64,000 nucleotides of DNA, taken from the NCBI GenBank assembly GCA_028817875.1, contig JAPPOO010000076.1, positions 12,041-76,040 on the forward strand, in the 5' to 3' direction. Of this stretch, positions 27,233-35,685 are shown piece after piece. The translations under genes and the position numbers were made by a program. The notes under the pieces were generated by a model. The model was not told where the DNA came from and ran no database searches. It saw only the letters and a list, made by a program, of their open reading frames with translations. This stretch comes from Alphaproteobacteria bacterium. Its GTDB lineage: Bacteria > Pseudomonadota > Alphaproteobacteria > UBA2136 > JAPPOO01. Numbering within the stretch: position 1 is the stretch's first letter; the number at the start of each line of letters is the position of its first letter.

Positions 27233-30130
27233 TTATGGGGCAGAGTTGTTGTTTTGGTCTTCCCCAATGTAAATACCCGCACCAGAGGTGTTACCGACAT
27301 TGAAGTCAAATTGTCCACCAACCTCTTGCAAATCACTCCCAAAGTACGTGCCGGACATACTCCCTGCGTCATAATGCGTAACACCGTCATGCGTTACATC
27401 AAGCTCAGAGCCAAAATTAATAGCATTTCCAGGGCTAAAAGTCTCACTCATCTCGTAGTCGCCTAAGTCAGCATCAAAAGTAAGGCCAGAACCAAGGGTG
27501 CCATGTAGCCTAAATTCCCCTGTGTGGTGGCTAATATCTCCAGTTGTAGTATTAACTAAGGCGCCAAATGTACCACCCTCAAAATCAACATCACGACTGT
27601 CTCCAATTGCTGAATCAAGGGCTCCTTGTGTAGACTGCTCACCTGCGACATAAGGAATAAGGTGCGCCATGTCTCGTCCAGAAGGGGGCGCGCTAGGAAG
27701 GTCAAACCGTTCAAAAGAACCAGCCCAGCCACCCCAGTGGGAAAATTCACATTTGTCGCAGAGGTCGGGCAAGGCAACGTCGGAGACAATACCAGCATCA
27801 ACATTTTGGGCAGTGCTATCATTTTCAATATAAACAAAGCCAGAACCTGTGCCGTTAAAAGCAATTTTATTAACACCCATAGCGTAGCTACGGTTATCTA
27901 AAGCTGCAGCAGCATTATTGCCGTTATTATTAGACATATCTCCTCCGTAAACAAACATACTATTAGGTACTTTTTGGTTGTCATTGACTGAAACATCATC
28001 GGACTGGTAAGCAAGTTTCATACCTGTAATAAGGTTGCTTCCTGCATCTGCTTTAGTCTGAATACCTTCAGAAATAACATTTCCTGCATAGTGGCTTTGG
28101 TCTGTATCAGTACTCAATCTATAAAATGTTTTAGTGGTACCGCGTTCAACAAAGCCGGCACTAAAAGCTTTGGTTGGCAAGGGGGCATCAGTATCAGCAA
28201 TCGTACGGATACTTTCTTGATAAATTTGAGTATCTGGTAGGTTTACAACGTGGTCAAACTGACGAGTAGATTTATCAAGAATATGCCCTTCTACATCGCC
28301 AAACTCGTTACGGAATCCAACGACTATTTTATAGTCATGCCCGCCATTATCTAAATCAAGAACCCCACCAATAAAGGGACCGTTATTGGCTGCATCAGTT
28401 TGTTCATCAATATCATTAGCATCAGGAACATCTACATGCTCAATATGGGATAAATCGCTGTTAGTATCATCGCCAAGGTCGGTATTGAAAGAGAAGTCAT
28501 TACCGTTACCATCACCAAAGCTAGAGTCGTGTCCATCAAAATTGTGGTCACTTTCAAAATTAGTGTTTTGCCCGTCAAAATGGTTGTCATCGCCTCCAGG
28601 AGGAGGGAAGTGCTCATTACTACCATCTGCACCACCATAGTTTCCGCCGTCATAGGGCTGGTTGTAGCCATCATTGCCTGCATAATTATCACCACCGTGG
28701 TCTACGCCTGTAACAGTCGTTTGCCCCGTGCTAGGGTCAATAACAGCTCGCTCACCGTTAGGCCCACTAAGAACAACTTGCCCATCAGCCGTACGGGTCA
28801 TGGTAACAGGGGTTTCTTCACCATTAGGGCCAATCACAACGGCTTGGCCATCACCTGTTGGTTTAACGGTTACATTATCGCCATCACCACTTAAGTTAAT
28901 GCTTCCATCATCATTTTGTGTCGCTTGCATATGTTGTTCGCCAGCTTGGTCAGAGGTATTAGCATTACCATCTGGATTGCGTGGTTGGTTAGATTGTCGG
29001 CGTTCAGCACGTTGAGCACGACGTTCTTGACGGCGCTCTAAACGGTTGCCTTGTTGGTCATTACTTTTTGCATTAGGTTGACCACCTTCAGCATCTCCGT
29101 CTGTTCCTTCAGGAGGCTGGCCATCGTTTCCGTCTCCGTCGGGTGGGCCTTGTTCACCATCACCTTCTTGATGGTCTTGTCCATCCTGTCCATTATCGTC
29201 CTGTGGTCCAGCACGGCGGCGTTGGCGGTTATTGCCACCCTCTTCGCCTTCTTGCTTATCTCCGTCACGGCCTTCTTCGCCGTTTGCTTCATTCCCATCT
29301 CCACCATCGTCTTGAGGGTCGTTACCGCTTTCATCACCCCCATCATCCGTTTGTTCATCATTCTGACCACTGTCGTCATTCCCCTCATCGTCAGCACCTT
29401 GGTCATTATCGCCTTCGTCAGAGGCATCCTCATCAGAACCTTCTCCGCTATCGCCTTCGGTGCCGCTTTCATCACCTGCGCCTTCTTCAGCCTCACCATT
29501 AAGAGCAGACTGCAATTGCTGGCGTACTTGCGGTGTCATAGGGGCAGCAGGGGCAGGGGGTTGGTCAGGGTCAGTCACTTGGCTAAAGTCATTCACGTTA
29601 TCAAGTGGCACGGGCGGAGCATCTGACCCATTGGCGGAAACATCCAAACAACACTGTGTAAGCCCAACCAGTGTTTGGCCGTTATCCGCCACTTGAATAA
29701 TACCGCCAGAACCGCGCACACCAATAGTAGCAAACGGCGTGGTAACTTGAACATTTTTAGGGTTATTTTTCGCAATTTTACCTGTAACAAACTGAATAAC
29801 ACCCTTTTGTGCATTAACGCTGGATTGCCCAACCCGCTGCTCGGCATCATAAACAAAAGTTTCAATCTTAACTTTGGAATCCCGCCCAATAGTAAACACA
29901 CTGTCATCGTTTAGAATAATCTGAACCCGTGCGCGTTTACCTGTAACAATGGTATCGGACTCAAAAATTTTCTCCTGAGGCTCCAAAGGCTTTTGAGTAC
30001 CATCTGCCAACAAGCGGGAAACTTGGCCTTTAGCAACTGCTACCAAACCCACAGGTTCTTCAGCCTGTGCCGGTAAAGCCAAAACACAAGCAACTAAAAT
30101 CAAACCTAACAGCACGTAGCGGATGCCCAT
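27233..30130 (-). CDS. putative surface lipoprotein (965 aa): N-terminal FecR-like domain, about 180-aa poly-acidic/low-complexity linker, C-terminal TbpB/fHbp-like beta-barrel domain
   Basis: Signal peptide with possible lipobox LVAC; FecR-like segment (…VAVAKGQVSRLL…DSVFTIGRDSKVKIE…ATIGVRGSGGI); D/E/G/N-rich region with an ERRQERRAQRAERRQ stretch; C-terminus …GTYFGSDLQEVGGQFDFNVGNTSGAGIYIGE, resembling the F-G-x-x-A-x-E-V/L-G-G-x-F terminal strand motif of TbpB/fHbp barrels. Confidence 0.55.
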   Translation of the reverse strand: MGIRYVLLGLILVACVLALPAQAEEPVGLVAVAKGQVSRLLADGTQKPLEPQEKIFESDTIVTGKRARVQIILNDDSVFTIGRDSKVKIETFVYDAEQRVGQSSVNAQKGVIQFVTGKIAKNNPKNVQVTTPFATIGVRGSGGIIQVADNGQTLVGLTQCCLDVSANGSDAPPVPLDNVNDFSQVTDPDQPPAPAAPMTPQVRQQLQSALNGEAEEGAGDESGTEGDSGEGSDEDASDEGDNDQGADDEGNDDSGQNDEQTDDGGDESGNDPQDDGGDGNEANGEEGRDGDKQEGEEGGNNRQRRRAGPQDDNGQDGQDHQEGDGEQGPPDGDGNDGQPPEGTDGDAEGGQPNAKSNDQQGNRLERRQERRAQRAERRQSNQPRNPDGNANTSDQAGEQHMQATQNDDGSINLSGDGDNVTVKPTGDGQAVVIGPNGEETPVTMTRTADGQVVLSGPNGERAVIDPSTGQTTVTGVDHGGDNYAGNDGYNQPYDGGNYGGADGSNEHFPPPGGDDNHFDGQNTNFESDHNFDGHDSSFGDGNGNDFSFNTDLGDDTNSDLSHIEHVDVPDANDIDEQTDAANNGPFIGGVLDLDNGGHDYKIVVGFRNEFGDVEGHILDKSTRQFDHVVNLPDTQIYQESIRTIADTDAPLPTKAFSAGFVERGTTKTFYRLSTDTDQSHYAGNVISEGIQTKADAGSNLITGMKLAYQSDDVSVNDNQKVPNSMFVYGGDMSNNNGNNAAAALDNRSYAMGVNKIAFNGTGSGFVYIENDSTAQNVDAGIVSDVALPDLCDKCEFSHWGGWAGSFERFDLPSAPPSGRDMAHLIPYVAGEQSTQGALDSAIGDSRDVDFEGGTFGALVNTTTGDISHHTGEFRLHGTLGSGLTFDADLGDYEMSETFSPGNAINFGSELDVTHDGVTHYDAGSMSGTYFGSDLQEVGGQFDFNVGNTSGAGIYIGEDQNNNSAP

Positions 30131-30191
30131 GGCGGTACTCTTTCTTTTATTTATCCCTAATCTGCTGATTTCTTATAGATTCAGCCATGAA

Positions 30192-31541
30192 TTAAAACCT
30201 TTTTGTTAATGACATGGACCACCGCTCATTCTCATAAGCGTAGTTTTGAATGTTAGATGTCGTCTCTTTATAGGTGTATCCACCACTGATAGTAATAGTC
30301 GGCGTTAGCGGTTTGCTAAGGTTAAGAGACAAGCTGAGTGAATTATCATCACGTGTCTTTGTCGGGTTAACGGAAGCATCAGGTGCGCGGTACTTTGTAT
30401 GCGTCAACGTCAACCCACCAACAGCACTCAAATTATACCAAGGTAATTGATGCAAAGTTTTAAAGTCCAGCGCATCGGAAACATAACTGTAATACTGGGC
30501 AGTCGTTTGTTCGTGATGGTTCGTGTAACCAAGGGTAAATGTGGTTTTAGGGGAATAAGCAAAAGTCGCATTAGTCTTAAATTCCCAAGCTTCACCATTA
30601 CGGAGCGTATAAAGGCTGCTACTGGCACTATTGTGGTGGCGTTTTAAATCATGAGAACCTGTAAATTGCAACTGCAGTTTAGGGTGCATAGCGTACGTCC
30701 ATTGTGCTTGCTTACGCCATGTTTGTTGGTAATCTGCTCGCGCAAGGTTTGTATCCGTGTACTGGACGGAGACGCCGAGACGAGAGCGCCATGTGGGAAT
30801 CACCCACACAGAGCCTGTTTTAATAGATTTAAGCGTGACATCCAAATTGGAAAGAAGGGATTGTTTTGTACGGTAGTAAAGGCCTTCTGTTTGCCATGTG
30901 TGGCCGCGTGGGTCACTAAAACGGTAGCTATGCCGTAACGCCAAAGCTTCAAAAACATGCTGATCCTCAGTTTTACTGCCACTTGCGGTAATAGGAAAGC
31001 TTACACCGCCGGAATCTTGATTTCCTGATGCAGGGGAGGCATTTCCGTTACTATCCTCATTCCAACCAAAGGTAAGGCTGCCACTGAAAAAATGGCGCTG
31101 TTTACGCGTACCAATTTCAGCCAGCATTTTTTGGATGTTATCCTGCACGGCTTCTGGCGGGTTAATAGCCAAAACTTCTCGCAAAAGCTTTTCTGAATCA
31201 GTGAAATTATTGATTTTCATGTAGATGAGAGCCATGTCCAGCTTAACACGGTGGAGGTCTGGCCGAGAAATCAACATCCGCTCGTAAGAGGCTAAAGCCT
31301 CATCATACTTCCCTAATTGGCCAGCAAGTTGCGCGTAAGCAAAGTTAGCATCAAGGCTTTCAGGGTTTTCTTTGATTTTTTGAAACAAAACTTCCAGCTT
31401 GGCCAGTTGTTGCTCTCTATTATCAGTAGGTTTTTTAGGTGCCTCAACAGGTACTGGTACAGTTTTACTAACAGCCGCTTCCTGTGCCTGAGCAGCACAA
31501 GCCAAACTTACAGATAGGCAAAGGAAGGCGACTTGTTTCAA
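30192..31541 (-). CDS. outer-membrane protein with periplasmic TPR domain and C-terminal beta-barrel; Slam (DUF560)-like architecture, 449 aa
   Basis: Signal peptide (…CAAQAQ), TPR-like helices (…YAQLAGQLGKYDEALASYERMLISRPD…), C-terminal alternating-hydrophobic beta strands ending in a terminal aromatic (…SLTKRF). Confidence 0.5.
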   Translation of the reverse strand: MKQVAFLCLSVSLACAAQAQEAAVSKTVPVPVEAPKKPTDNREQQLAKLEVLFQKIKENPESLDANFAYAQLAGQLGKYDEALASYERMLISRPDLHRVKLDMALIYMKINNFTDSEKLLREVLAINPPEAVQDNIQKMLAEIGTRKQRHFFSGSLTFGWNEDSNGNASPASGNQDSGGVSFPITASGSKTEDQHVFEALALRHSYRFSDPRGHTWQTEGLYYRTKQSLLSNLDVTLKSIKTGSVWVIPTWRSRLGVSVQYTDTNLARADYQQTWRKQAQWTYAMHPKLQLQFTGSHDLKRHHNSASSSLYTLRNGEAWEFKTNATFAYSPKTTFTLGYTNHHEQTTAQYYSYVSDALDFKTLHQLPWYNLSAVGGLTLTHTKYRAPDASVNPTKTRDDNSLSLSLNLSKPLTPTITISGGYTYKETTSNIQNYAYENERWSMSLTKRF

Positions 31542-31550
31542 TAAGCCCTC

Positions 31551-32156
31551 CTAAGCATTTTGTTGTGCCACTTGGCGACGTAAACTTTGAATCTCAGTCA
31601 CAAGGTCGTACCGTTCTACCAAAGCACCCAGCATAGTCATAAGGCCCTTCACACGGTCAACTTCACTCAACGGGAAAGGCGTATACGTTGTATTACCATT
31701 CTCATCAGTACCACCAATATGGTTAATCAACTGAACAACACCGATGACCTGCCCTTGCACGTTTTTAAGAGGGAACGCCAGCATGGAAAGAGATTTGTAG
31801 CCATGCTTTTGGTCAAAGGATTCATTGAAATTGTAAGAAACCTCCGCGGGGATATTATACAAATCATCAATTTCAACAATTTCTCCAGTAGAAGCCACAT
31901 ATCCACCAATACTGCTTAAATCAATCGGTACATGAAAACGTTCAGAGGGCACATCCACCACATCATTTTGGGTTGCAACGGCTTCTAGATGGTTAAATGT
32001 GCGGTCTGCCACAGGGCGTGCCACAAAAACCGTACCAGCTTCAGCAGCTGTAGCACGGCGCAAACGTGCTAAAATCAGGTTCAGAACTTTATCAAGGTCA
32101 AAGTCTTGCTGTTCTTCCAGCAGTTCAACCAAGTCTTCCAATAAACTCATACGCAA
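31551..32156 (-). CDS. stand-alone GAF domain protein (201 aa)
   Basis: GAF-like fold pattern (…AEAGTVFVA…, …GGYVASTGEIVEIDD…, …SMLAFPLKNVQGQVIGVVQLIN…); 9 bp upstream of the TPR/OM gene. Confidence 0.65.
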   Translation of the reverse strand: MRMSLLEDLVELLEEQQDFDLDKVLNLILARLRRATAAEAGTVFVARPVADRTFNHLEAVATQNDVVDVPSERFHVPIDLSSIGGYVASTGEIVEIDDLYNIPAEVSYNFNESFDQKHGYKSLSMLAFPLKNVQGQVIGVVQLINHIGGTDENGNTTYTPFPLSEVDRVKGLMTMLGALVERYDLVTEIQSLRRQVAQQNA

Positions 32157-32302
32157 AAAATTCCTTTTACTTTTTGCGAAAAGCTTAGCGGGTTGCCCGC
32201 GCTTGCGGCACTAATATGTGGTTTTAACAACACGGAGTGTGACTTAACGTCAACATTCGTATGATGGAGGCGCTTCAGCTGTGCAAAACAACCTTCCCCT
32301 TG

Positions 32303-33385
32303 TTAGCCGTAAAAGTTTACCAGCCAAGCAACCAACATAACCTGCGGGACGCTAATAAGCGGCAAAAACAAAGCAATTTTCCAGCTTTTTGTGGTGTCTT
32401 TCAGTACCATAATTTCTGTGTAGTCCGTTGCCACGCCTGCCATCAAAAAAGCAAAACCATTCCCTGGGGCTTGGGCACGGGTGAGGATATCCGCCGCAAT
32501 GGGGGTAGAACCTTCCGAACAAACCTCCAGCACCGTTGCAAACACAACAGTCACTAGTAAGCCGATAAACGTAGGGCCAAACAAGCCTTCAAATTGGGTA
32601 GGGTCAAGCAAAGCACGTAAAGCAGCGGCCAATAAAATACCAAACAGCAACCATCGCAATACAATGCGGGAGTCCTTCACACCATTTACAAAAATATCTT
32701 TAAAAAACGCAAAATCAAAACGGGTGGCCTGAATACCTGTACGCGCATCTTTCCAAAAGTGAAAATCTTCCGGCATGTCCACAGTATTATGGTTTTCAGG
32801 TAGCCAACCGCGCGCTACAAAGCGGTCAAAAACCCAGCCCGTAATCAATGCAATAACAATAGACAGCCCGATAAATACAAAGGTCCATTGCCATCCGATA
32901 AGAGTTACTAAAATAAGCGTTAAAGAAAAAGAGTTCCAAGGGCTTGCCAGTAAAAAAGCTACAATCTGGCCGATACTGGCACCGCGCTGGTACAATTTAA
33001 CGGCCACCATCAGTAGCCCATGGCTACATAAATCAAACAAAACACCCGCACCAACGGCCCGTAACAGGCCATTAAAAGTACCGCCTTTACCTAAAACAGA
33101 CATAATAAAAACCTGCGGTATTTTAGAAAGGAGCCCCACAAAAACAGCCCCTATAACAACCCCCCACCAAACAGTATGAACCATATAATGAACAGTGTGC
33201 GCCATAGTTGCTAGCCAAGAGTGGCCAGCAGTAAAACCAGCAAAAAAAGTACCTAAAACATACAAAGCAGCAATACCAACTAAAGACCCCCAAAAAATGA
33301 AGTCAAACTTCCGCTTATTACCGCTGCAACAAGCTGGCTGAGGGGAAGGGGAATGGCAATGCGTCATATAAGTGTTATGCCTCAA
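32303..33385 (-). CDS. multi-TM permease, DUF318-like (360 aa), with Cys/His-rich N-terminus
   Basis: 8-10 TM segments; N-terminal HCHSPSPQPACCSG suggests metal or redox binding; family assignment tentative. Confidence 0.4.
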   Translation of the reverse strand: MRHNTYMTHCHSPSPQPACCSGNKRKFDFIFWGSLVGIAALYVLGTFFAGFTAGHSWLATMAHTVHYMVHTVWWGVVIGAVFVGLLSKIPQVFIMSVLGKGGTFNGLLRAVGAGVLFDLCSHGLLMVAVKLYQRGASIGQIVAFLLASPWNSFSLTLILVTLIGWQWTFVFIGLSIVIALITGWVFDRFVARGWLPENHNTVDMPEDFHFWKDARTGIQATRFDFAFFKDIFVNGVKDSRIVLRWLLFGILLAAALRALLDPTQFEGLFGPTFIGLLVTVVFATVLEVCSEGSTPIAADILTRAQAPGNGFAFLMAGVATDYTEIMVLKDTTKSWKIALFLPLISVPQVMLVAWLVNFYG

Positions 33386-33473
33386 AATATTAAAAATGGG
33401 TACCTAAACTTGCTTAAAGAAGATTTGGGTGATCAACCATTGAAGAAAACAAAAGGGTGCGTTACAAAAAAGC

Positions 33474-34769
33474 ATGACATCAGCCAGAAAAACCATGCGC
33501 GTAACCATCACGCCGGAATTCCAAACAGCCTATAAAGCTATAGAAGAGGGCGATAACCTGTTGGTGTTAGGAAGCGCAGGAACAGGAAAAAGTACATTCC
33601 TCAAGTGGTTGCGCAAGAAAATAGGCGAATCCAAAAACTACGTGGTACTTGCCGCAACGGGCATGGCTGCTTTGCAAGTAGGTGGGCAAACGGTTCATAG
33701 CTTTTTCGGGTTTAAACCACAGTTAATGAATGGTGCTGATTCTTGGCGAAAACCCCGTAACCGCAAAATTTACAAAAATTTAGATCTCATCATTATCGAT
33801 GAAATATCTATGGTGCGGGCAGATGTTTTTGAAGCGATAGACCAGTTTTTAAGAATCTACGGGCCTGAAGCAAATAAACCCTTTGGAGGTGTACAAATTC
33901 TAGCAATGGGAGATTTGTTCCAACTGTCTCCCATCGTACGCCGAGAAGAGCAACACTATTTTCAAGAAACATTTGGCAGCGCGTTCTTTTTCAGTACGGA
34001 AGCTTGGAAGGCAGGTGCATTCCAACTGGTAGAATTTACCAATATCTTTCGGCAGTCAGATGAACCGTTTATCAATTTACTAAACCGCGTACGCCAAGGG
34101 GAAAAAAGTAGCGGTTTGTTGGGGGAAATCAACCGACAGGTATCCGCAGAGGTATCACAAAATTCAGTGGTACTGGCTGCCCGTAACCGCACGGTAGATA
34201 ACATTAACGAGCGGGAATTAGACGCGCTCACAACCAAAGCGCATACTTACATTGCCAAAACAAGCGGCAAAGTTGAAACGAATATATTCAACAGTCCTGA
34301 AAAACTGATTTTAAAAGTTGGGGCAAGGGTGATGTTTACACGGAATGATGCAAACGGCCGTTGGGTAAATGGAACGTTGGGCGAAATTATAGAGTGCTAT
34401 GAAAAAAGTGTAGTCGTAAAAACAGACCAAGGTGAAGAATTTATTGTAGAGCCCATCAAGTGGGAATTAACAAAATACGAGTTTGATGATGAAAAGAATG
34501 CCCCAACGGCAACAATAACAGGTACATTTTCTCAATTGCCACTCACATTGGCATGGGCGTTAACAATTCATAAAGCCCAAGGGCAAACACTAGAACATTG
34601 TACGATTGATCTTTCAGATGGAGGCGCATTTGCCGAAGGGCAACTTTACGTGGCACTCAGCCGCGCACGTACGTTGGAATCAATCAGATTAGTACAGCCA
34701 ATTACAGCATCAGATGTCCGCACATCCAAGGTGGTCAAGGGTTTTTACCAAGCGTTACCCAAGCAATAA
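33474..34769 (+). CDS. PIF1/RecD-like superfamily 1 DNA helicase (431 aa)
   Basis: Walker A GSAGTGKST, Walker B IIIDEISMV, PIF1-type motifs (…FGGVQILAMGDLFQLSPI…, …LTIHKAQGQT…, …YVALSRAR…). Confidence 0.7.
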   Translation: MTSARKTMRVTITPEFQTAYKAIEEGDNLLVLGSAGTGKSTFLKWLRKKIGESKNYVVLAATGMAALQVGGQTVHSFFGFKPQLMNGADSWRKPRNRKIYKNLDLIIIDEISMVRADVFEAIDQFLRIYGPEANKPFGGVQILAMGDLFQLSPIVRREEQHYFQETFGSAFFFSTEAWKAGAFQLVEFTNIFRQSDEPFINLLNRVRQGEKSSGLLGEINRQVSAEVSQNSVVLAARNRTVDNINERELDALTTKAHTYIAKTSGKVETNIFNSPEKLILKVGARVMFTRNDANGRWVNGTLGEIIECYEKSVVVKTDQGEEFIVEPIKWELTKYEFDDEKNAPTATITGTFSQLPLTLAWALTIHKAQGQTLEHCTIDLSDGGAFAEGQLYVALSRARTLESIRLVQPITASDVRTSKVVKGFYQALPKQ

Positions 34770-34947
34770 AAAGTTTTATTGTTCTGAAAAGAGGGCCTGT
34801 GGTACCCTTTCCCACATTGGGGAAGTGTTGAAGTTTTGTAACACTCTGTATTGATGAATATTTGGTCATGTTCCTGCAAGGTTCTCAATCCGTAAAGGAT
34901 ATGTAAGAATCTGCCATGATTTTGATAAAAATAGAAAAAATAACCCT

Positions 34948-35658
34948 ATGAAACGTCATTTACTTATTGCTTGTTTAGTAACCGTTAGCGCCGGTTTTTC
35001 GTTTAACGCCTTTGCTGATGGCTCAAGTGAAGCCTACGACCCGTGGGAAGGCTACAACCGTGCGGTATTCTCATTTAATGAAGGGGTTGATAACGTAATC
35101 CTCAAACCTTTATCCAAAGGTTACCGTGCCATTGCGCCAGAACCCGTAGAAACGGGCGTAAGCAACTTTTTTGATAACTTGTTTTACCCAACAACAATCA
35201 TAAACCAGTTATTACAAGGTAAGCCAAAACTGGCCGTGCAGGACACAATGCGCTTTATCCTAAACTCAACAGTCGGAATTTTAGGGTTTATGGATGTAGC
35301 AAAAAAAATCGGTTTTGAAGAGCACAGCGAAGACTTTGGCCAAACACTTGCTGTTTGGGGCGTAGGCGATGGCCCGTACATGGTATTGCCAATTTTAGGG
35401 CCTTCCAGCGTACGCGGCTCTGTTGGTTGGGTAGGTGATTACTTCACCAACCCAGTAAGCTACATAGAAGACAACGAAACACGTTATGCCTTACTGGGAA
35501 CATCCATTATTGATACACGGGCAGAGCTGCTAAAAGCTGAGTCCATCATCACGGGTGACAAATATACCTTCATGAGGGATGCCTACCTACAGCGGAGAAA
35601 ATACCTCATTAACGACCAAATGGTAGAAGAAAACGATCCGTTTTTAGACCAAGAATAA
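34948..35658 (+). CDS. mlaA: MlaA/VacJ family outer-membrane lipoprotein (236 aa)
   Basis: Signal peptide; DPWEGYNRAVFSFNEGVDNVILKPLSKGYRAI and …ILGPSSVRGSVGW… are typical VacJ motifs. Confidence 0.8.
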   Translation: MKRHLLIACLVTVSAGFSFNAFADGSSEAYDPWEGYNRAVFSFNEGVDNVILKPLSKGYRAIAPEPVETGVSNFFDNLFYPTTIINQLLQGKPKLAVQDTMRFILNSTVGILGFMDVAKKIGFEEHSEDFGQTLAVWGVGDGPYMVLPILGPSSVRGSVGWVGDYFTNPVSYIEDNETRYALLGTSIIDTRAELLKAESIITGDKYTFMRDAYLQRRKYLINDQMVEENDPFLDQE

Positions 35659-35685
35659 CAAGAATATTAGGGTAAACAAACCGGC

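Noticed and set aside
28386-29907. Multiple overlapping ORFs in other frames and on both strands (for example 29038..29499, 29051..29626, 29143..29502) inside the 965-aa gene
   Set aside because: They are artefacts of the compositionally biased (GA/GT-rich) DNA that encodes the poly-acidic linker. Only the 27233..30130 minus-strand frame has signal peptide, domain and motif support.
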